The translations under genes and the position numbers were made by a program. A stretch of DNA of 64,000 bases from a virus (Duplodnaviria; Caudoviricetes): IMG/VR virus record IMGVR_UViG_3300044846_003573; one strand, given 5' to 3'. Under the pieces are notes generated by a model. It saw only the letters and a program-made list of their open reading frames with translations. It was not told where the DNA came from and ran no database searches. Of the stretch, positions 33,793-42,916 are shown in pieces. How positions within the stretch are numbered: the stretch's first letter is position 1; every line of letters begins with the position of its first letter.

Positions 33793-35106
33793 ATGAAAAA
33801 AGAACAATTAGTAAAAAGATTGGTTAGTCGAATTAATGAGGCACCTATCGGATACGAAGGACCTGAAAGAATGGCTCCTGATATTCAATCTAAATTTGAA
33901 AAAGGTGAAACTCCTCATTCAGGTAGTAAAGCATTTCCTGAAATTACACCTGAAGGACCGGATAAACCATCTAACTTTGAGCAACTTATTGCATCACAGA
34001 GATTTAAAGAGGTTATCAACAGATTAAAAAGATATACTGGCCTTCAAGATGTTACATCACAAAATGCTATGATGCAACTTCAAATGATGGTAATGAATGC
34101 TATGCAAGAGATTGCTCAGATAGAATCTGAAAACAGAGAATACTTGGAAGAACTTGCGATTGAGGTTGTTCAAAAAGAATTTGCAATTCCTGAAGGAGCG
34201 TTACAATATGATGTAAAGTTGGTTCAACCAAATGATATTGACTCAAGTAAGTTATCTCCTAAAGGTGAAGAACCAAGTGAAGAAGAAATTGAAAATATGT
34301 TTGGTTCTGAAGAAGAACAAGAACAACTTGAAGATTTCATGGACTCATTTGAAAAATTTGACTTAGAAAAGGCTAAAAGACGATTTATTAACTCACTTAT
34401 CCAAGGAGCTGCTAAACAATCTTCTTATATGTTTGAATTGTTAAACAGAGAATTAAATGCCATTAACCCAAGGTTATTAAATTTGTATGGTGTGTTTATG
34501 TCATTTGCCGATTCACTTTATTGGTTAATGCCCGACTCAATGGTTCAAGGTATGGCGGGTGGTGGAGAATCAACATATGGTATGTCTGAGTTAGATGCTA
34601 AGACTGACCCACCGACAGTAAAGGCTCGTGGTGTTAACTTACCAATTCTTATTCATGAACTTGCTAAAGGTGTTATGGAAATTGCTGGTACATACGGATT
34701 ACCAAAAGATAAGACAAGACAAGAGGCAGTAATTAACTCACAAGATACTGTTGTTGGTGAAATTTGGGATATGAGATTAGGTCCAGTTATTTGGCAAAAG
34801 TTCCGTGAGTCTTATCCTGATGAGTTATTTGATGACGATAAGAGAAACTTACAACAGTATTTCCTTGTTAAGTTTGCCGAACTTACTCCAAACGAATTTT
34901 TTGCAATGGCTCGTGAAATTTTATCAGGTTCACCAAAAGGAAAGAAAATGGTGAAAGATATGGTTGATGAAATTGTTGAAGAACTAAAAGGATATGAGTA
35001 TGAAGATACTATAAAAAAATATGAGGATGATGACGACGACGACGATGATGATGATGATGATGATGAGGATTTTGATGACTTCTTAAAAGGATTAGGTATC
35101 AACTAA
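33793..35106 (+). CDS. Leader-bearing protein with poly-Asp tail, directly upstream of terminase
   Basis: MKKEQLVKRLVSRINEA; EDDDDDDDDDDDDEDFDDF tail. Confidence 0.75.
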   Translation: MKKEQLVKRLVSRINEAPIGYEGPERMAPDIQSKFEKGETPHSGSKAFPEITPEGPDKPSNFEQLIASQRFKEVINRLKRYTGLQDVTSQNAMMQLQMMVMNAMQEIAQIESENREYLEELAIEVVQKEFAIPEGALQYDVKLVQPNDIDSSKLSPKGEEPSEEEIENMFGSEEEQEQLEDFMDSFEKFDLEKAKRRFINSLIQGAAKQSSYMFELLNRELNAINPRLLNLYGVFMSFADSLYWLMPDSMVQGMAGGGESTYGMSELDAKTDPPTVKARGVNLPILIHELAKGVMEIAGTYGLPKDKTRQEAVINSQDTVVGEIWDMRLGPVIWQKFRESYPDELFDDDKRNLQQYFLVKFAELTPNEFFAMAREILSGSPKGKKMVKDMVDEIVEELKGYEYEDTIKKYEDDDDDDDDDDDDDEDFDDFLKGLGIN

Positions 35107-35113
35107 AAACTTT

Positions 35114-35139
35114 AAAACCCTTCAGAGATGAAGGGTTTT
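35114..35139 (+). terminator. Intrinsic terminator
   Basis: AAAACCCTTCA-GAGA-TGAAGGGTTTT. Confidence 0.75.
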
Positions 35140-35159
35140 CTATTTTAATATAAATTTTA

Positions 35160-35166
35160 TATTTAT
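35160..35166 (+). promoter_or_regulatory. Late motif TATTTAT before terminase
   Basis: 5 nt before ATG 35172. Confidence 0.6.
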
Positions 35167-35171
35167 AGTAT

Positions 35172-36917
35172 ATGAGTTTATCTAAAGAAGCCGTTTTAAT
35201 GGAGTATGCCAAGTGTATGAAATCAACACCATACGCCCTTAAAACTTATTTACAGACATATGACAACACTGTTTCAAAGTATGTCCCGTTAGAGTTATTC
35301 CCTGACCAAGTTAGTTTAGTTGAGGATTACGAAAATTACAATGAAAATATCGCATTAAAGTACAGACAAGCTGGTGTATCTACAGTAACTGCCGCATGGT
35401 CATCAAAAAAACTTGTTTTTGCTAAAAAGAATAGTCCTGAAAAAGTTTTGATTATTGCGAATAAGTTGGATACTGCGGTTGAGGTAGCAAATAAGATTAG
35501 AGGATTTACTGACCAGTGGCCTAGCTGGGTTGGTGTTGGATTTTCATCTGAAAAAAACTCACAAAGACATTTTAAATTAACAAACGGATGTGAAGTTAAA
35601 GCGGTTGCAACATCTAAGGATGCTCTTCGTGGTTACACACCAACAATATTAATATTTGACGAAGCCGCATACATTGAAGCAGATGGTGATTTTTGGGCGG
35701 CTTGTATGGCGTCCTTATCCACAGGTGGTAAGGTAATAGTTGTATCAACACCAAATGGATATGATGCAATTTACTATGAAATTTACGACCAAGCACTAAA
35801 GGGAATGAATGAATTTAAAGTTTCCGAAATGGTTTGGTGGAAAGACCCAAGATACGCTAAAGATTTATCATTAATCAATGTAAAAGATATTATTCATTAT
35901 TATTTAAATCGTAATGACTATCCAAATGTTGAAATTATTGACTATAACAATAAAGAAAAAAACTTTGATGATATAAGACAACTAATTGCTCAGGGATATA
36001 AACCAAGTTCTTCTTGGTATGAGTCAATGGTTAAGAAACTTAAATACGATAAACGTAAGGTTAATCAGGAATTGGAATGTGCGTTTCTTGGTTCGGGTGA
36101 TAACGTATTTGATTCTGATTTATTGGAAAATTTAAGAGTTAATATGGTTAAGGAACCTCCTACAAAAATGATGGGTGGTGGACTTTGGATTTGGAAAGAA
36201 CCTGAGATGGGTAAAAAATATATCATGGGTGTTGACGTATCTCGTGGAGATAGTGAGGATTTCTCAACATTCCAAATTGTGGATTTTGATACGAGAGAGC
36301 AAGTGGCAGAATATGTTGGTAAACTTCCTCCTGACACTTTGGCTGAAATATGTTATAAGTGGGGTAATATGTATAACGCATTTATTGTTATTGATATTAC
36401 AGGCGGTATGGGTGTTACAACATCTTTAAGATTAAGAGAGTTGGGTTATAGAAATATGTATGTTGATGGTGTTGACGTTTCAAATAAATGGAAATATGAC
36501 CCAAAGGCCACAGAAAAAATACCAGGAATTAATTTTAACGCTAAAAGAGTTCAAATTATTGCGACGTTTGAAGAATATTTAAGGCATGGATTTAGAATAA
36601 ATTCAAGTAGGTTATTAAACGAAATGAATACATTCATTTATATGAATGGGAGACCTGACCACCAAAAGGGACAACATGATGACTTGATTATGTCTGTGGC
36701 AATGGCTCTTTATGTCGGTGAATCATCATTTACATCACTTAATAAGGTTACAAATCAGACAAAAGCGATGATTGATTCGTGGACTGTTAATACAAATGAG
36801 TATAACAGAAAACAATTTATGGAACCGGTTATCCCACAACATCAGGAAAACTTTAAACGAGAAGCTACAAAAAGCGACTACGAAAACTATTTATGGTTAT
36901 TCGGAGGAAGAAGATAA
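35172..36917 (+). CDS. Terminase large subunit (T4 gp17-like)
   Basis: LKYRQAGVST, LIFDEAA, STPNG, MGVDVSRG, HDDLIMS. Confidence 0.93.
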   Translation: MSLSKEAVLMEYAKCMKSTPYALKTYLQTYDNTVSKYVPLELFPDQVSLVEDYENYNENIALKYRQAGVSTVTAAWSSKKLVFAKKNSPEKVLIIANKLDTAVEVANKIRGFTDQWPSWVGVGFSSEKNSQRHFKLTNGCEVKAVATSKDALRGYTPTILIFDEAAYIEADGDFWAACMASLSTGGKVIVVSTPNGYDAIYYEIYDQALKGMNEFKVSEMVWWKDPRYAKDLSLINVKDIIHYYLNRNDYPNVEIIDYNNKEKNFDDIRQLIAQGYKPSSSWYESMVKKLKYDKRKVNQELECAFLGSGDNVFDSDLLENLRVNMVKEPPTKMMGGGLWIWKEPEMGKKYIMGVDVSRGDSEDFSTFQIVDFDTREQVAEYVGKLPPDTLAEICYKWGNMYNAFIVIDITGGMGVTTSLRLRELGYRNMYVDGVDVSNKWKYDPKATEKIPGINFNAKRVQIIATFEEYLRHGFRINSSRLLNEMNTFIYMNGRPDHQKGQHDDLIMSVAMALYVGESSFTSLNKVTNQTKAMIDSWTVNTNEYNRKQFMEPVIPQHQENFKREATKSDYENYLWLFGGRR

Positions 36918-36921
36918 AATT

Positions 36922-37095
36922 ATGGGTTTTTTAAAAAGGCAAAAATCTAATACATATAATGCTGGTACAAGAATGATTGTTCCAGGTCTTGGTATTTTAA
37001 CTGCAATCATACAAAATGGTGATAAAATACAAATTAAACCAAATGAAACTACTGGTACTATTTCTTCATCGGAAAATCCTCCGACAACTCCATAA
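36922..37095 (+). CDS. 57-aa hypothetical protein between terminase and portal
   Basis: MGFLKRQKSNTYNAG...; ATG 36922 is 4 nt after the terminase stop. Confidence 0.55.
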   Translation: MGFLKRQKSNTYNAGTRMIVPGLGILTAIIQNGDKIQIKPNETTGTISSSENPPTTP

Positions 37096-37153
37096 CCTAT
37101 GTATCATATTTTGATTAAACTTTAATTTAATTTAAAAGTATTTATATTTTAGT

Positions 37154-39001
37154 ATGAGTGAAAATAAACTAACGGTATGGCAACGGTTATCCCAAACATT
37201 TGGACCCAATTCTCTTTTGGGTCAGGATTATCCTACGTACAAATATGATAAGAGTGAATTATTAAAAACAACCTCTAAGTCTGAGTATGAAAGAGAAAAA
37301 CTTCAGGCACAACAAACATATTATTTAGCAAACCAATGGGGTAGAATTGAAAATAATCTATACACACAAGCGGTTTTTTATGAACCAACCAGATTATCAT
37401 CATTCTATGACTATGAGTCAATGGAATTTACTCCTGAAATTGGTGCTGCTTTAGACATTTATGCTGAAGAATCAACAACCATCAATCAGGATGGTTATAT
37501 GTTACAAATCTATTCTGAATCATCAAGAATTAAATCAATTTTAGGTGATTTGTTTAATAATGCTTTAGATATTAATACTAACTTACCAATGTGGACAAGA
37601 AACACATGTAAGTATGGTGATAATTTTGTTTACATAAAATTAGACCCTGAAAAAGGTGTTGTTGGATGTATGCAACTACCAATTATTGAAATTGAAAGAT
37701 TGGAAGCCAGTATGGGTTCACATTCAACAGATTCAACTACTAATCCCGAAAAAAAACATTTAAAGTTTAAATGGAAACAAAAAGATTTAGAATTTAATAC
37801 TTGGGAAATCGCTCACTTTAGATTATTAGGTGATGATAGAAGATTACCTTATGGTACCGCTATGTTGGAGAAGGCTCGTCGTATTTGGAAACAATTATTG
37901 TTATCTGAAGACGCTATGTTAATTTATAGAACATCAAGAGCACCTGAAAGACGTGTATTCAAAGTATTTGTTGGTAACATGGATGACGCCGATGTTGAAC
38001 CGTATATCCAAAGATTTGCTAATAAGTTTAAGAGAAGTCAAACAGTTGACCAAAAAACGGGTAATGTTGATATGAGATTTAATCAGATGGCAGTTGACCA
38101 AGATTATTTTGTTCCTGTTAGAGATACTACACAAACAATGCCTATTGAGACATTACCAGGAGCTGCGAACTTATCAGAGATTGCCGATATTGAGTATATC
38201 CAAAAGAAATTGTTAACGGCTCTTCGTGTTCCTAAAGCATTTTTAGGTTTTGAAGAAACTGTTGGTGATGGTAAAAACTTATCATTACAAGATATTCGTT
38301 TTGCAAGAACTATTAACAGAATTCAGAAAAATATGATTTCTGAATTAAATAAAATTGCAATCATACATTTATTCATTTTAGGTTTTGAAGATGAAATATC
38401 AAACTTTACATTAAGTTTGACAAACCCATCAACTCAAGCTGATTTAATGAAGATTGATGTATGGAAAGAAAAAGTTTTATTATATAAGGATTTAGTTGCC
38501 GACCCTGGTAGTGGTATTGCACCAGTGTCTATGTCATGGGCTAAGAAACATATTCTTGGATTTTCAGATGAAGAAATTAAACTTGATTTACAACAACAAC
38601 GTATTGAAAGAGCTGTTGGTGAAGAACTTAAGAAAACTGCCGAAGTTATTACTCACACAGGTTTATTTGATAATTTAGATAAATTATATGGTAAAAAAGA
38701 AGGTGAACCAGCGGGTACTCCATCAGAAGGTGGAGGTGCTCCACCTGAATCAGGATTAGGAGGAATGGAAGGATTTGGAGGTGGTTCCGAAAGTCCTGCA
38801 CCACCATCTGAAAGTCCTGCCCCACCATCGGCAGAAGGAGCAGGTACAGTTCCTGAAAATGTAGAAAAACGTAATTCAGGTCTTAATATTTTATTAGAAA
38901 ATAGTGGAATGTTAAATGAAGATGAACTGATTGATTTAGGTAGAGTTCAAGAATCATTGGGTGAAATTGGAAATCAGTTGGATAAACTATTAAAGGATTG
39001 A
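37154..39001 (+). CDS. Portal protein (T4 gp20-like)
   Basis: YESMEFTPEIGAALDIYAEES, YRTSRAPERRVFKVFVGN, DIRFARTINRIQ; TATTTAT 8 nt upstream. Confidence 0.93.
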   Translation: MSENKLTVWQRLSQTFGPNSLLGQDYPTYKYDKSELLKTTSKSEYEREKLQAQQTYYLANQWGRIENNLYTQAVFYEPTRLSSFYDYESMEFTPEIGAALDIYAEESTTINQDGYMLQIYSESSRIKSILGDLFNNALDINTNLPMWTRNTCKYGDNFVYIKLDPEKGVVGCMQLPIIEIERLEASMGSHSTDSTTNPEKKHLKFKWKQKDLEFNTWEIAHFRLLGDDRRLPYGTAMLEKARRIWKQLLLSEDAMLIYRTSRAPERRVFKVFVGNMDDADVEPYIQRFANKFKRSQTVDQKTGNVDMRFNQMAVDQDYFVPVRDTTQTMPIETLPGAANLSEIADIEYIQKKLLTALRVPKAFLGFEETVGDGKNLSLQDIRFARTINRIQKNMISELNKIAIIHLFILGFEDEISNFTLSLTNPSTQADLMKIDVWKEKVLLYKDLVADPGSGIAPVSMSWAKKHILGFSDEEIKLDLQQQRIERAVGEELKKTAEVITHTGLFDNLDKLYGKKEGEPAGTPSEGGGAPPESGLGGMEGFGGGSESPAPPSESPAPPSAEGAGTVPENVEKRNSGLNILLENSGMLNEDELIDLGRVQESLGEIGNQLDKLLKD

Positions 39002-39025
39002 TATTTATAATTAAATTATTATAAA

Positions 39026-39736
39026 ATGAGATTCGGAATAATTAAAACACTAGTAGAAAATAAGTTGGTAGAGTCATTCAAAAATGATGCTCTTAAAACT
39101 GATATGTATCTTTTTAACAAAAAATTATTGAAAAATAAAGATTTTGTTAAAATGATGTCAATTTATGACAACCTAAATGAAAACAAAGGTTTAGATAAAG
39201 AAACTTCCAATTACTTGGTTGAGGATATGGTTTCAGAATTTAAAAATCTAAATCTTTCAGAATCAACAAATAAATTTATTAAAAGTTGGACAAAAGATAT
39301 TGTTTTAGAAAACAAATACGAAACTATTGATGATTTATTGTATGGTGATTTGATAAAACCTGAAAAAAAATCAATTGCCAAAAAGAAAATTGTTGAAAGT
39401 TTAACTAAAACTAAACCAATTGTTGAAAATAAAACACCCAAAGTTCCAATTAGTTCAATGTTAAAAGTTGCTAATAAAACTGCTGAAAAATATTTAGAAA
39501 ATTTAACTGAATCGGAAAGAAATTCAATTAAAGAAATTTTAACTTCAAAAGAAGAAAATTTAAAAAGTAAATTTGACGAATTAAAAGAAAATGCGGTTCA
39601 AAAAATTGACATATTAATTTCAGAATCTGATGAAGAACTTAAAAATGTTTTAGTTGAAACAAAAGAAAGAGTTACAAACTCTAAACCATCTAAAAAAGAA
39701 TATATTAAGTTATTGAGCTTAACTCAAAATTTATAA
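39026..39736 (+). CDS. Hypothetical head-module protein
   Basis: Between portal and protease; TATTTAT at 39002. Confidence 0.7.
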   Translation: MRFGIIKTLVENKLVESFKNDALKTDMYLFNKKLLKNKDFVKMMSIYDNLNENKGLDKETSNYLVEDMVSEFKNLNLSESTNKFIKSWTKDIVLENKYETIDDLLYGDLIKPEKKSIAKKKIVESLTKTKPIVENKTPKVPISSMLKVANKTAEKYLENLTESERNSIKEILTSKEENLKSKFDELKENAVQKIDILISESDEELKNVLVETKERVTNSKPSKKEYIKLLSLTQNL

Positions 39737-39916
39737 TTCAGTATTTTTTAAATTTTTATAAATTGCATTTTTTAAAATCTGACGTTTTGTGTCAGATTTT
39801 TTTTTGTAGTATTTTCCCTCCTGTAATTTTTTTACAAGTTGAGTTTTAACTACTTTTTGTTTAAAAATTTTTAAAGCTTTTTCCACCTCGTTATTTCTGA
39901 CAGGGATAATTAACAT
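39731..39916 (-). CDS. rpsU: Ribosomal protein bS21
   Basis: MLIIPV...EKALKIFKQKV.KT..VK.L...YYKKKS...NAIY aligns with Flavobacteria bS21; start at ATG 39916. Confidence 0.85.
   Translation of the reverse strand: MLIIPVRNNEVEKALKIFKQKVVKTQLVKKLQEGKYYKKKSDTKRQILKNAIYKNLKNTEL
39774..39805 (+). terminator. Terminator for 39026..39736, lying inside the antisense rpsU coding region
   Basis: AAAATCTGAC-GTTTTGT-GTCAGATTTT plus T-run. Confidence 0.65.
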
Positions 39917-39986
39917 TTTTTTGACAACTATATTTTTGTGTGTTATTATTAATGTATAAATAAACGAAGATATGAAAAAATTGTAA

Positions 39987-40451
39987 ATGAAAAAAGGAAA
40001 AAGTTGCGTAATCAAAGGTTACAAACAAATAAAGTGTTCGTATGGAACTGTGGATTCGAAAAACTTAAAATCTATTTACTTAAACATCCAATCTTGGGTT
40101 GAACCAAAAGGTTTAGAGATGGATTGGGTACGACCTGTATCAATACTCAACAAAAATATAAAAACAACTCTCGGTGATATAATTAACAAAGATTTATTTA
40201 ATGATAAATTTATTGTTGATTTAGATTTAAGAACAAGTGGGATATCAATTAAAAAACGGTCTTTCATGAATTTAGAAATGACTCTTTTTGTTAAAACAGA
40301 GATGGGATTTAAATCAACAGAGTTAAAAAATGAATTAAAAAACGTAATATCACAAATAGAAAAATATTGTTTTAAACCTTCAAAATATTTTAAATTTTAT
40401 TTAACCAAAAAGGATAAATTAAATACTACCGATAAATTAGAAAGTATTTAA
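39987..40451 (+). CDS. Hypothetical protein adjacent to rpsU
   Basis: 154-aa ORF. Confidence 0.7.
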   Translation: MKKGKSCVIKGYKQIKCSYGTVDSKNLKSIYLNIQSWVEPKGLEMDWVRPVSILNKNIKTTLGDIINKDLFNDKFIVDLDLRTSGISIKKRSFMNLEMTLFVKTEMGFKSTELKNELKNVISQIEKYCFKPSKYFKFYLTKKDKLNTTDKLESI

Positions 40452-40474
40452 TATTTATCTAATAAAAAGGTAAA

Positions 40475-41194
40475 ATGCAAAATTATAAAATATTAGGTCC
40501 AAGAGAGACAGGAAAGGGTATTTTAATTGAGATGGATGCGGGATATGTTTCCCCAACAGAAAAACATAATCAAACATTCTTACAAGAAAGTAGGGATTTT
40601 AAAGATTATTCAAAACCATTTGAATTTTATGCCGTTCTACAAAAATATAATACACCAAATAGAAATGGTAGAATATATCCCGAAAGAATTCTAAAGAGAG
40701 AATCGGATAACTATATTAAAAATTATATAGGTAAGAAAACATCCTTATCTGAACTTAACCACCCTGAGTCTTCATTGATAGATTTAGATAGAGTATCACA
40801 CATGATTACAGAGATGTGGTGGGATGGTAATGTTCTATTAGGTAAACTATTACTTCTGACTTCACCAGGGTTTCATGAAAGAGGTATTGTATCAACAAAG
40901 GGTGACCAAGCTGCAAACCTATTAAGATTAGGTGTAACGTTAGGTATATCATCAAGAGGGGTAGGTTCATTAAAAAAGGTAGGTGACCAAAATGAAGTTC
41001 AAGATGATTTTGAATTAATTTGTTTTGACTTGGTATCTTCACCATCAACACCTGGAGCTTATTTATTTACTGAACCTGATGGAAGATTTGCGTTTGAAGA
41101 GAACCTACAAGAAGAAAATGAAATGAAAGCCGCAAGAACAGTTAACAAATCGCTTGATTTAATGGGAAGACTTTCCGATTATTTAAAAAAATAA
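40475..41194 (+). CDS. Prohead protease (T4 gp21-like)
   Basis: NRNGRIYP, SELNHPE, GISSRGVGS, DLVSSPSTPGA. Confidence 0.93.
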   Translation: MQNYKILGPRETGKGILIEMDAGYVSPTEKHNQTFLQESRDFKDYSKPFEFYAVLQKYNTPNRNGRIYPERILKRESDNYIKNYIGKKTSLSELNHPESSLIDLDRVSHMITEMWWDGNVLLGKLLLLTSPGFHERGIVSTKGDQAANLLRLGVTLGISSRGVGSLKKVGDQNEVQDDFELICFDLVSSPSTPGAYLFTEPDGRFAFEENLQEENEMKAARTVNKSLDLMGRLSDYLKK

Positions 41195-41200
41195 ATAATT

Positions 41201-41416
41201 ATGGAAATGGACGAAAAATACTTTGTGGCAAAAATTCAATATGATTTGCCAGATGAGAACACAGGAAAAATTAAAAAAGTAAGAGAAGAAAAACTTGTAA
41301 AAGGTTATTCTGTTACTGATGTAGAAGCTAAAGTTACTGAAGCTTACAAATCATTTAGTTATGATTGGAGAATCACTTCAGTAAGTGAAAGTAAAATTGA
41401 CGAAGTGTTTGAGTAA
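41201..41416 (+). CDS. DUF4494-like small protein
   Basis: YFVAKIQY...KKVREEKLV..YS.TDVEAKV...I.SVSESKI.EV. Confidence 0.55.
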   Translation: MEMDEKYFVAKIQYDLPDENTGKIKKVREEKLVKGYSVTDVEAKVTEAYKSFSYDWRITSVSESKIDEVFE

Positions 41417-41438
41417 TTACAAAGTTTAAAAAAAATTT

Positions 41439-41465
41439 AAAAGGGGACGAAAGTCCCCTTTTTTT
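41439..41465 (+). terminator. Intrinsic terminator with GAAA tetraloop
   Basis: AAAAGGGGAC-GAAA-GTCCCCTTTTTTT. Confidence 0.85.
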
Positions 41466-41532
41466 ATTTAAAAACCAAAAAAAAATAATTTTTCTAAACA
41501 TCTACATATTTATTTAATAAAATAACTACGCA

Positions 41533-42885
41533 ATGGCAGAAAAAAACTTAGTTGAAGAAGCATTAATCCAAATACAAAATTTGGAAGAAGCAATCAATGA
41601 AAACGCAAAAGAAATACTTCATTCTACAATGAAAGAAGAAATTAGCGAATTAGTAAAAGAGTCTATGAAAAATGAGGCTGAAGAAGAAGATGAATTTGAA
41701 GTTGAAGACGAATTAGAATTTGAAGATGGTTCTGAGGAAGAAGAAGACGAATTAGAATTTGATGATGAGTCTGATGAAGATGAGTCTGATGAGGAAGATT
41801 TCGAATTTGGAACTGAGGATGACGAAGATTCTGAAGAAGAATTTGACATGCCAGATTTATCTGATATGGGTGGTAACGATGAATTTAATTCTACTGAAGT
41901 AACTGATTTAACTGACAGTTCAATGGAAGATGTTCTTAAAGCGTTCAAACAAATGAGCTCTGATGACAGTTTTGAAATTAAAAAAGAAGGTGATTTTATT
42001 CATTTAAGAGATGAGGAAGATGAATACCTTATTCAAACTGAATCTGAAGAAGAAGAGTATGAAGGTTTTGAATATGAAGAAATGGAAGAAGAATTAGATG
42101 AAATTGTTTATGAAATTGAAATGAGTGAAGAAGCTGAAGAGGAAGAAGAATATGAACTTGAAGAAGACATATTTACTGAATCTACTAAAGCAGTGGTTGG
42201 TAAAGGTGTTAAGTTAGGAAACGCTAAAACAGCATCTACTTACAAAAAAACACAAGGTGGTTTCAACGAAAAGAAAGCTCACGCAAATCCTACAAAAGGA
42301 ACAGGTAAACCTAAATTTGAGTTCAAAGAAGAAGCTTCAATGGACACAGACAAGAGACCTATAAGATTCGGAACAAAAGAGGAAGCTAAAGAAGCTGCTC
42401 GTACTTACGGATTTGGTTCTAAAAAAGGACGTGGTTTAAGAAAGGGTATTACACCTAACAGAAACTTAACGTTTGAAAGTCGTGAAATTATGGAAGAAGT
42501 TGAAATGTTAAGGTCTAAAAATGAAGAATACAGAAAAGCTCTAAATATGTTTAGAGACAAACTTAACGAAGTTGCTGTGTTTAATTCAAATTTGGCATAC
42601 GCTACAAGATTGTTCACAGAACACTCTACGTCAAAGCAAGAAAAAATTAACATTTTAAGAAGATTTGACACCGCAGACACTCTTAAAGAATCTAAAGCTC
42701 TTTATAAGACAATAAAAGACGAGTTAGGTGGTGCAACCACTAAAGCTCCGATGACAGAATCAATCGAAAGAGTGATGGAGAAAGTTCCACAATCAGGTTC
42801 AGCTGTGAATTTGATTGAATCAAAAACTTACGAAAATCCTCAATTCTTGAGAATGAAAGACATTATGTCAAAAATAATAAAATAA
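41533..42885 (+). CDS. Prohead scaffold/core protein (gp22-like)
   Basis: Very acidic, coiled-coil C-terminus (LNEVAVFNSNLAY); between protease and MCP; TATTTAT at 41507. Confidence 0.8.
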   Translation: MAEKNLVEEALIQIQNLEEAINENAKEILHSTMKEEISELVKESMKNEAEEEDEFEVEDELEFEDGSEEEEDELEFDDESDEDESDEEDFEFGTEDDEDSEEEFDMPDLSDMGGNDEFNSTEVTDLTDSSMEDVLKAFKQMSSDDSFEIKKEGDFIHLRDEEDEYLIQTESEEEEYEGFEYEEMEEELDEIVYEIEMSEEAEEEEEYELEEDIFTESTKAVVGKGVKLGNAKTASTYKKTQGGFNEKKAHANPTKGTGKPKFEFKEEASMDTDKRPIRFGTKEEAKEAARTYGFGSKKGRGLRKGITPNRNLTFESREIMEEVEMLRSKNEEYRKALNMFRDKLNEVAVFNSNLAYATRLFTEHSTSKQEKINILRRFDTADTLKESKALYKTIKDELGGATTKAPMTESIERVMEKVPQSGSAVNLIESKTYENPQFLRMKDIMSKIIK

Positions 42886-42916
42886 ACTTAAAAAAATAAA
42901 AAACCTATAAAATAAA

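Noticed and set aside
41619-41948. Antisense poly-Ser ORFs (also 34812..35102)
   Set aside because: Reverse-complement shadows of GAA/GAT-rich acidic coding sequence in the scaffold and poly-Asp genes.
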